A stretch of DNA of 64,000 nt, from assembly GCA_951406725.2 (NCBI GenBank), contig OX597831.1:53072001-53136000 (forward strand). The letters are read 5' to 3'. A program made the translations under genes and the position numbers. How positions within the stretch are numbered: the stretch's first letter is position 1; every line of letters begins with the position of its first letter. Below the pieces are notes generated by a model that was given only the letters and a program-made list of their open reading frames with translations, was not told where the DNA came from and ran no database searches. Positions 10,879 through 22,200 of this stretch are shown piece by piece. Origin of the DNA: Octopus vulgaris. Lineage: Eukaryota.

Positions 10879-13800
10879 TACATATGGATGGGGAAATTAC
10901 ATAAGTGTCTGTTAAGACACATAATGACTTCTATTAACATAGAAATGTATAATTAGAGAAACATTTTAGCCATAATATAAGAAACCATCAAAGAAGATAA
11001 AGAAAGAAATGAAAGATACAATGAGGACAGAGAACAGTACAAATATCTGAGAAGCATGCACAATATGAGAGAGTAATGTTAGTTCAGCAAGTCTGGATCA
11101 AGAGGAGGTTTTCTTTTCTTTTTTTTAAACAACTTAAGTCAATGTTTCATAGTTGACATGTTGCTGTTGAATGGGAGACAAGACACAAGCAGACAATGAC
11201 TAAGACAACATATAGGACATAAGTACAACTTACCTGGCTGTACAGCATGTACGGCTGCCGCAAAGAAATACAGTAAAGAAATAACATTCGTTTTATTTAC
11301 ACAGTTTGGACAAGTAAGGGTTATATGGGAAAAAATAAATACATCTACGACAATAGGAATCAAAATAGGGCTTTAGTTAAATATTCAGGAATAATGAGAC
11401 AATTTTCTATATATCATCCTACTTATTTAAGCCCTTCATTCCCAATAGAGAGTAGACCATTGACAACATTTCTTCACTGTTCTCAACTTTGGACTGTCTT
11501 TTTCAGCTTCTCCAGTTTGATCTCTGCTTTTTTTTTAGCTCTACCTCAGTAACCTGCCTCCGGTTATTTTTAGGCCATCCTCTCTTCCATCATTCTAATG
11601 GGTTCCAGGTTCAACGCCTGACATGTAATGCACGATATTGGTTCCTTTACTACATCATGTTTCTGTGAGAGAAGGCCTTACTCACCCAGATCTCGATGGT
11701 TCTAAATTGTTGCTATGCTTCTATAACTTTTTTTTTAGATAGGAGTGTTAACCCTATGCAAATCAATTATTGGGAAGAGATGGTCCATATTAATCTGGCT
11801 ATTATCCATTGACCTGTCCACTATGGGAGGCCATACCAGGTGTCTGTGTTCTGCTGGAATAGCTCACAAGGTCATTGAAGTATACAAGCCACCATACCCA
11901 ACTAAAACAGGACCTTGTGGTGGTATACCCTTCAAGAGTAAGTGTATTATATTAATGCCAGTGTTTTATCAATGTGGACTTAAAGGGTAGGATTTAAACA
12001 CAGAGTGTGAAGACATGTAACTAGTTATCACTAGCTATTTTGTCCAAAGCTCTACCAAGTCTGCCATCCACTTGCTTCCTTACATTTCCACTTCTTGCAC
12101 TATGCTTACCTTCCACTCTCCAATCCTGTCCTCTTGGCCCTGTGCCTCTGTATCATTGCTCTCCGCTAGCTCCTGACCTGGGTGTTCCACCCACATGCCC
12201 TGTCTCACTGTATCATTGCTATCTGCAAGCCCCCAACCTGTCTGTTCCACCCAAATGTAACAAGAAAACTTTTCACAACCCCACCCCAACAAACCAATCT
12301 ACACCTCTACATCTCTTCTCTTCCTCACATTTCTTCCTTCATACACTATGCCTAACTCTCACTCCCTAGTCCCGTCCTCATGGCCCTCCTCCTCTTTATC
12401 ATTGCTATCCAATAGCCCATTGACTTTCTATAACCAGGTTTTAGCCAATCACCCCCACCTTCCGCACTCTTTAATTACAGTTCCTTTGCGATACCCTGCC
12501 ACTTATATTATGGCATTCGAACCTCAATATGCCCTGGAATTTGCCACCATCTATATCTCTCTCTTCCTTTACACAACTATCCCCTCTATATTCTGATCCC
12601 TGTCTCTTGTGAGTATGCCTGGCACTTTGCCACCATCTCTATCCTGCTGTCTCCCACTTTCTCTCTCCTTCTCGTTCGGCACTTCCCTCACGTTGGGTAC
12701 CATGTATTTACTTTGTGGCAGTACACCTATTTCTGTCTTCATTCCTGATTTCTCTCTCCAGCTGGGTAACCTTGTACCTCCTCTACAACAAGACACCTCT
12801 TTCTGTTTCTCTGTCTCACTATAACCTTTCATCATCTGACACAACACCACCCACTCCAAGAGATTTTTTTGGTCTTGCAAGTACTTGGTAACCCTGTCAG
12901 TGTAGGTGCTAGATAAAAGCACCCAGTCCACACTGTAAAGTGGTTAGCATTTGGAAGGGCATCCAGCTGTAAAAACCTTGTCAAAACTACCTTGTCTGTG
13001 CTTGTGCCATGTAAGAAGCACTAAGTCCACTTTGCGTGAGTGGCTGGTGTTAAGAAGGGCATCCAGCTGTAAAAATTCTGTCAAAACAGTTGCAGAAGTC
13101 TGGTGCAAGCTTTTGTCAGGCCAGCTCTTGTCAAACTGTCCCACCCATGCCAGCATGGAAGGCAGATGTTAAATGATGATGATTATGAGCACTAAGTACC
13201 TTTTACTTAAACTTGCAAAACTTTATTGCAAACTTTCTACCAGTTAAAAAACAAGAAAACAAAAAAAACAAAAACAGGTGTATATAATACACATACTTTT
13301 CCAATAGCCTTTTTTCTATTATCTTAGATATTTATTCCTGGTACCTTGTATATGTCAAGTATTCCAGCTAATGAAAAAATATATTTGCTGTTTAGTATTA
13401 TTATTATTATATTCAATAATCTGAGGCTTTCAAAACTACTTTTTGATTTTTATTTTACTTTCCATTAATTCACATAAGAATTCCATTTAAATATATTTAC
13501 TGCCCTTTCTATCTGAAGAACACAATTATTGTTATATATATATATATATATATATATGCTCAAAGGCTGTATAGTAGTACTCTTAGCACCCTTCATTAAA
13601 TAATGCTTAATATATAGCCTTCCCTCAGATATTAGTTCTTATACACTAAGGCAATCAGTCATGTTCAGGGAAAGGCCTCAACTTCTGATATATAGAGGGT
13701 CTGACCTAAGTAGATCTAGAGAATACCTAAAAAAAAAAAAGGCCCAAACTCCAATGGTAGAACAAATGGATGAAGACATATGATCTTACTGGCTGAATTG

Positions 13801-14048
13801 GCAGAAGAGGGTAATGCTTGATGGACTAGTTAAGAAGGTACAGCCCAAGCAATACATAGGCTGATGGCAGTCTGTAGCAGTTTTGTTGCCTGATCCTGAA
13901 TGTCACATATCGCCTGTGCTGTAGAGGATATCTTTAAGGCCACAGTGAGTGGGTCATTTCCTGGAAAGTTAAGATCCAACCTAATCAAAACCATGCCACT
14001 GGAATTTCTTGACCGAAGAAAGTAAAATTAGAAAACAAGAAGGAGCTG

Positions 14049-14081
<33 letters not shown>

Positions 14082-16176
14082 TACCTCAAAGACGAGTGAC
14101 AATGATCTCATCTTTGTGGCTTGGGATTTCAATGGAATGTCAAGTTAAGAAAAACGAGCATTTTCAACACCTCCTTCTTTTCGCTTTTAATCAAGGTTTT
14201 AATGCTGCAAAAGCTGCTCTCGGCATTTGTGCTGTGTATGGAGAGGGCGCCATAGCTGAAAGAACTGCTCATGATTGGTATGCCAAGTTCAAAAATGGAA
14301 ATTTTCACCTGGCCATCCAGTTGAGTTCGATGAAGAGCGATTAAACCAACTTTTGCACGAAAATTCTTGTCAAACGACAAGGGAACTGGCAGAGAAAATG
14401 AAATGCTCCCACACTGCTATAGAGAAGCATCTTCACTCAATGGGAAAGGTTCAGAAGTATAGAGCATGGGTTCTGCATGCTTTAAGTGACAACAACAAAA
14501 ATCAACTGGCCACAATCTCTGCTGGTTTGCTTGCTCATCACAGCTCAACTCATGGACACAGGCAACGGATTCTTTTCCAAATCGTTAATGACGACAAAAA
14601 ATGGTGCCTGTACATCAATATGAAGCAGCCTAAGGAATGGCTTAGCCCTGGTAAACAAGTGACATTGTACATGAAACAAGATCTTCATCCATGTAAAATG
14701 ATGTTGTGTATGGTGGGACTGAGAAGGGATTATCCATTATGAATTGCTTGAACGGAACCTAACAGTCAATGCGGAACTCTATGTTCAAGAGAAAAGACCT
14801 AATCGGCAGCATGGAGTTCATCTGCTGCATGACAACGCCCGCCCTCATATCACCAATATGACCAAGGAAGCCATTCAAACACATGGCTGGGAAGTGCTGC
14901 CACACCCACTGTACTCTCCTGATTTGGCACCCCTGGATTTCCTCCTCTTTCAAATGCTATGTGCAGAGTTTCATTCAATACTGATGCAGAATTGAGTGCT
15001 TGGTTGGATCAAGTGCACCTGTGTTGGTGGCACATAAAGAACATATTTTGAACGTTGGGCCTCATGGAGGCAAAGTGGCTGAGTTCCTTTCATGTGTTGG
15101 GCCTCACGGAGGCAAAGTCGCTAAGTTCCTTTTGAGTGTTGGGCCTCATGGAGGCAAAGTGGCCGAGTTTCGTTCGAGTGTTGGGCCTCATGGAGGCAAT
15201 GTCTATGACCTTTGGTATTATGTTGTGTTTGAGAAGACCCATCAAACCACACAAAATCGGTCATGGCAGATATTGGAGTCATGCAATTGCACCTTGGTGT
15301 CATGCAAACAGCACCAGTGACACATAAAAGCACCCGTTACACTCTCAGAGTGGTTGGCATTAGGATGGGCATCTAGCCATAGAAAACCATGCCAAATTAG
15401 ACTGGAGTCTGCTGCAGCCTTCCAGCGTGCTAGCACAGTCAAACTGTCCAACCCATGCCAGCATGTACAACGAATGTTAAATGATGATGATGTGTATATG
15501 TATATATACACATATATACATATACTAGCAGCTAAGCCTGGTTTCACCGGTCAGTTTGGATGATGTGGCTGTAAAACCTGCTCTGTGTAAGCATTTAACT
15601 TGTTTGGGCATGCTTACATTAAAAAAACAATTTTACAATGACTTATTTTTGTCAAAACCAACAAAAAAAACCAACCAAGATTCAACCAAATCAAAAAATA
15701 AACCCAAATACTAAGCAAACAAAGATGAAGCATTCCACTTCCATTGCATGTGCACACACACACCCCTTTTACATACACACACATATATTCACAGAATTGA
15801 AACGCTGTTTGATTTATTTTTTCAGCGTACAATTTGCATCATCCCACTACCAAGTATGATATCACCCCTTCCTTTCTCATTCATAAACACAAGAGTATTA
15901 TCATAGTAGATTATCTCGGTAACCATGAGAGCTATGCAAAAATACAAAGCCCAGCATCACCACCGGATCATTCTACACATCTCTGTAATTTTTCATGCAA
16001 TTCCACCCAACTGTTTGACCATGAATCCAAAGACAAGAAAGAATTACCCATGACAAATTTATACGTATAGATATATACACACACACATATATATATATCA
16101 TGCTAGCATGGAAAGCGGACGCTAAATGATATATATATATATATATATATACACACATGTGTATATATATATATAT

Positions 16177-16219
<43 letters not shown>

Positions 16220-19200
16220 CATACATATATGTAAAGGTAGGTTTAGTGAGATTGTAGAGATGCTGCATACAAGAGGTAAGATAGAGAGGAGCTTCAGCTA
16301 GGGTCCTCACAGGCAAAGCACATAGATATAAAATCTTCTGGCAAGGTAACATGGATGGAGTGGGAGTGTAAACATACTCCTTGCAGAGAAATGGGTAGAT
16401 AAAGTTATAGAGGTTGTCAAGGTATGTGGTAGAGCACTTAAGCTCAGGCTAGTCCTACAGAACAGCACAGTTTCAATTATCTCTGCCTACGCTCCATAAG
16501 AGGGCCAACGAGATGATCAGAAGGACCATTTTTATGATACCCTTCTACATGCTACTTCAAAGAGGAGTGGCACTGATCTCATCTTTGTGGCTGGAGATTT
16601 TAATGAGCATGTTGAGCAGCAATCTGGTATTTGTTCCCAAAATAATGAGGGAACTAGGCTACTGGAATTCTGTGATGCACATAACCTTTTAACCTGCAAC
16701 ACTAACTTCAGGAAACCAGACAGCCATCTGATAACCTATCAATCGGGTGACTCTGCTAGCCAGATTGATTTCATCCTCACCAGACAGCGGGATGCAGGGT
16801 TGTTCTTAAATATAAACACCCTGTGACTGAGAAGACCCAGCAAATAAAGTGAGTTCACAGCTTTATCCTACACCAGTTTCGCATAACCAGCCCACTCAAA
16901 AGCACCTTGGGTCGCAGGGCGACATGCCATACTTGAGGAGACCTACTGAGTCACATACATCAACATCAAAATGAAAATCAAATGGAAATTGTAGTTGTGA
17001 TACCAGTGCCGGTGGCACGTAAAAAGCACCCTCTACACTCAGAGTGGTTGGCGGCACTGGCAACGACCTCGCTCAAATGTTTTTTCACGTGCCACCAGCA
17101 CAAGTGCTAGTAAGGCGACGCAGGTAACGATCACGCTCGAATGGTGTTTTTAATGTGCCAGCTTGTTGCTCTGGCAACGATCTCACTCGTTTGGTACTCT
17201 TAGCGCTCCACTAACACAGATGCCAGTCATCGAATTTGATTTCGATTTCAATTCAACAGTGAGAACAGAAAATAATACTATCAAAAAATTTCCAATTTCC
17301 TGTTTTGTTATAGATATATATATATATTTTAGGGTTAGTAGTAATAGAGAATCTAAAGAAACCAAATTTCATGCCATGATAAAACATCAAAAAAGATATG
17401 GACAAGCTAGAAAAAAAAAATTTTGAAATTAAGTTAGTTATTATCTGTTATGGTACACTAATTTACATTCCTTTGATTGGAAATCTTACCTGCTTCTCAA
17501 AACTATTGAAGCAAGTTAAAATGATTTACAGCTAAAATATGTTGACTTATGTCAAGGATTCCGTATCAGGCGCAATAATGTTTAAAACCACAAGAAAGAT
17601 TGGAATATAATTGATGTTGTTGTGGTTTTGCCCCAGGACAGCCCTGCTGAAGTAAATCTATAATGAAAATGAACCAGCTATGATCATAACATCATCTTTT
17701 CAGACAATGTTTCTAGAACTACTGTCCAGTGTATCCTTCCATTTTAAGATGGTAATGTATGATCTGAAGGGAATTTGGCTGCTATTGTTACCAAGTCATA
17801 ACACAATGTAGAGGTTCCTTTGTTGATGTATTGAGAATTGGTATTTTATTGCTAGGAATGTTTGTCATAAGATGACAGGAGACAATTTAAGTAAATGTAT
17901 TTTATATGATCTAATTGTTGATATGCTGGAATGAAAAGTTAGATTAAACTTGATTGTATCTTCACTGAAAACACAAAGCTGCCATCAGCTACTCAATTGT
18001 AAAAACTCTTACAGGTTTTGAGAAAATGTCTAGTCCATTTAAGTTTCTAATCATGACAATGCCAGTAGATTTCAAAGGCATAAAATTGATGATGTATTAG
18101 TAATATATTTGAGGTTAGAGTTTGCAGCTCTTTCTGTGTCAAGCAAATTGCATTGAAGTCCTATTCATGAAGCCTGGGATCTACGTAGCTAGTACTAGTT
18201 AACTGTAGTAATTATATATTAGTTTCAGATTTTGGCACAAAGCCAGCAATATTGGGGGAGGGATGAAGCTTATTACATCGACCCCAGTGCTCAACTGGTA
18301 CTTATTTTCTTGACCCAAAAGGATGAAAGGCAAAGTCGCCTTTGGCGGAATATGAACTCAGAATATAAAGACGGGTGAAATACCATTAAGTATTTTGACT
18401 AGTGTGCTAATGATTCTGCCAGCTTCCTGCCTTAACTGTAGTAATTATATATTAATACAAGTTACCAAATTTTCTTGTGAATAAGTTGCCTCCCTAATTT
18501 AGAGTTAAATCCTGGAACAAAATTTTTTCCCTACATAGTTTTAGCTTTGCCCTATGTCTGAGTTGCACCCCAGTTTTTTTTTTTTTTAATCAAATATAAA
18601 ATAGTGTGACTTACACAAGAACAGATATAGTAATTATATTTCTTAAAGAAACTGATACTAAACACAAACAAGAAAAAAAAAAAACAAACAAAAAAACATT
18701 ATTTTTCAAAAACAACCATGCTCTCATCTTACCTGTGTTGTATCATGGCTGCTAGGGCCTAACCGACAGGTAAGTTCATTGAACTTCTCTTCAACTTCAG
18801 GTTCTGGTTTGGTTCGTAGGTATACAGGAACAACTTCATGATTGAAAATCATTAATCGGCCTTCAGTTAGTTTCTACAAAAGACAAAACAGAAAAAAAAG
18901 TTTAAAACTCTTATATTGCTGAGCAATTTCTATCCAACCGTATAGTCATGCTTACATGTGTTTCATTTGCTAATAGACATTACAAAGTTTTACATGTTAG
19001 ATAGACATATAAGAAATTTCTTTCTAGAAATTCTGCAGACAGAAAATTTATGTTTGGATGAAGTGTTTATATTTAGTACCTACACACTGTGTGTGTGTGT
19101 GTATTTGCATATACCCTTGTCTTGACATCATGTGATGGTTGTAAATGAGCATCACTGTCATATAAGCAACATTGTTTGTTTCCAGCTTTCCATGGAAAAC

Positions 19201-22200
19201 ATGTCTGGCTATGGAGAAATATTACTTTGCTTGGAAACAGGTGAGGATTGGCAATAGGAAGGGCACAGCTCTCCTCATCCATTCGTAGTACATGACCATA
19301 CCAACACAAACATCTCTCTTGCATGCCACATCTGATGCTTCTTATATCCAACATTTCTCTCAGGGCACTTACACAATGTCATGTGTGTACACTCAAATTA
19401 CACATTCAGCAGATCATGCTAGCTTCATTTCTTTCAAGCCTACGCATGTCTTCAGCAGTCACGGCCCATGTTTCACTGCCATGAAGCATGGCAGTTTGCA
19501 CACATGCATTGTACAATCTACCTTTTACACTGAGTGAGAGGCCTTTTGTCACCAGTAGGGGTAGAAGCTTTCTGAACTTTGCCCAAGCTATTCATATTCT
19601 AGTGGTAACACTCTCAGCACATCCACCCCCACTACAGACTTGGCCACCTGGGTAGCAGAAGCTATCAACTACATCTAGTTTCTCCCACTGGCATGTGATG
19701 GAATCTATTTTCTGAGCGTCTTTGGTGTTTATTGCCCCTGTGCATCTGCTGCACACGAAAGCTATCTTCCCGGTTAATCTTCCTTTGATGTTGCTGCACC
19801 TCTTATGCGTTACTCTAGATCTGGAAGGAACTTTGACCCATCTGCAGACTTGGTCTGTGGCACTCAGTAAGCTGTTCAATAGGAATTTCCAGCTACCTTC
19901 TATGTCCGAGGTCTGTAGCTCCTCCTTCCTCTCATCAAATTTCTTATGAGGATGTCCTTAAATCTCTGACCATATGAAAGATTCTTTAGCTTCCAAATCC
20001 TTCTTTTCTGGAATGATCTGCCACTTGGCATCCTTCTGGCCTTGAGTCTAAAGTCAGTAATGACTAGTCTTTGCTGGGGGGGGGGTTACATTCTTCACCC
20101 AGGAGGGTCTTTGTATTTAAGAGCAACCCTGTGTCCCGCTGTCTGGTGAAGAGGAAATCAATCTGGCTAGCAGAGTCACCTGATTGATAGGTTATCAGGT
20201 GGCTGTCTGGCTTCCTGAAGTTAGTGTTGCAGATTAAAAGGTTACATGCATCACAGAACTCCAGTAGCCTAAAAATTGATTAGCCTGCATTTATTTTTTT
20301 CTTTCTATGATATGAAGCATTTTGCTTTATAAAATCCATGTTTAACCCTTTAGTGTTCACATTATTCTGCCAAAGTTAATGCCTTTTCATCCACATTGTT
20401 TTGAACTAATCATTCATTAATCTTGTAGCTATGAGATTTTGATGAGGTAGCTGTTAATTTTTAAAACGATATTGTAGGGTTGGTGTGAGAGACCAGATCT
20501 GGCCAGTTTGAACATAAAACAGGCAGAATACTTTTGGCCGTATATGGCCGGTTTAAATTAAAATTTTCCAGCATAATCGATGTAAGAACCTTGTGTTCAT
20601 GTTTATGTTCAAGTAACAGCTTAATAATGAAGAGATTAGTTTTTTTTATTAAATCCCTTCAAATTTGTGATTATTCTACAAACCCTTTAGCATACAGATT
20701 AATTTATTAAATGTAATGCTTATTTATCCACATTTTTTAAAAATTAATCATGTGGTATCTTGTAGCTTCAAGACTTTGAAGATGTCACTGTTTATTTTTA
20801 GAATAACATTGCAGGGTAGGTGTGAGAGACTGGATCACACCTACAGGTAGAATATTTGGGCTAGATATGACTAGTTTAAATTACAAGAGTGTATTTCATA
20901 CATGTTCACAACAGAGTTCAAAACATTTCTTGTATGGCATTTGTAAAATTTTGAAATAAATTTTCAGAACAGAGGGTTAAAAATAACATTAAAAGAAAGA
21001 AGCTATCAATCAAGACTATAGATTCATATATTTGATGAACAGTTGCTTTCAAATATTTAGAAACATTAAAAAGTTACTTCAAGTTCTGGATCTTTATCTG
21101 GAGAAAGAGCAAGTGGTAGTAAGACATAATTCTTCAAAGGTGGGATTTTTTCACTTTTCAATAATCGCGTCAATGAATTCAGCTGTCCTGAGAGCAAGGC
21201 AAAATTATCAAGTGCATTTGGCCTGGAAAAAGAGAGAAGAAAAAGAAAAAGCAAAGTTGAAACCTGTTCAGAAATATTGGAGATGTAGGAAGACATGGAA
21301 ACAAAGTAATGAAAAAACTGAACATGAAAGAGACAACAAAAAAAAAATCATAATAGGAGACTTGTGATACTGGAGAGGACTTTCCCACTAATGCCAACAT
21401 AACAAAATGGTCATTAAATTAATGATGGTGGTGATGAAGGTTGGGGTATATATAACTAGGTCTCTTGTTTAATATATTCCTATTAAGTCTCCCTTTGTTC
21501 TTTATTTATCACTAATCTATTCACTGTACCATATCACCTGTGAAATAAGGTCACTGTTCATATTGAATCCACCTTTCATCCAAACTTTGCTTCTCTCTCA
21601 CCATCCCACTTTATCACTTTATGTCTCAACTCCTCTCTTCCACAACAATTCCCAAGTAAAAAGGAATGGAAATAGATATGTTTGTATTCGGCACTCAATA
21701 ACATCACCCTTTTCTGCTAACCATCTCTACCCCAAGTGACTCTTCATTGATATTTACCACTGTTATCATCATCCACATCCATTACTGTCACCTGCTCTCT
21801 CTCTCTTACCACAACACAACTTTATTGCTATCCCATTATATTGTGCTATTTTTCTTCAATCTCCTCTCTAAAACCTAAAGTCAAAGTGTTTATTTAACTT
21901 GCAACAATATAAAATTATTTCCTTATTTGACTAATATCAACTACATAAAGTACCAGACACTATGAAAGGTGTGTAGCAGAACCATGATTGTTCTTTACCT
22001 TTAGATATCTGCATTTTGCCTCTTTACCTTTAGATACCCATTTTGGCTCATCATGTGATGGTCAAGTCCATTTAGCTTAACGTGGGCTGTCCACCCCTTA
22101 ATGTGATAGACTAGCCAAGTGTCCCTACATCAGCTATTTAAGGGAAGCTTTTTCCCTCGCTTATTTCTTAGGGAGGTGAGTTTGGATTGACATGAGAGCA

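Noticed and set aside
13297-13367. 71-nt exon-like segment (tttttcattag ... AAA/gtatgt) on the minus strand
   Set aside because: Not a multiple of 3 and contains a stop; cannot be distinguished from a chance cryptic exon.
15054-15205. Regularly spaced repeats resembling a CRISPR array
   Set aside because: The intervening segments are similar to each other (tandem repeat), the unit derives from an RTE, and the context is eukaryotic with no cas genes.
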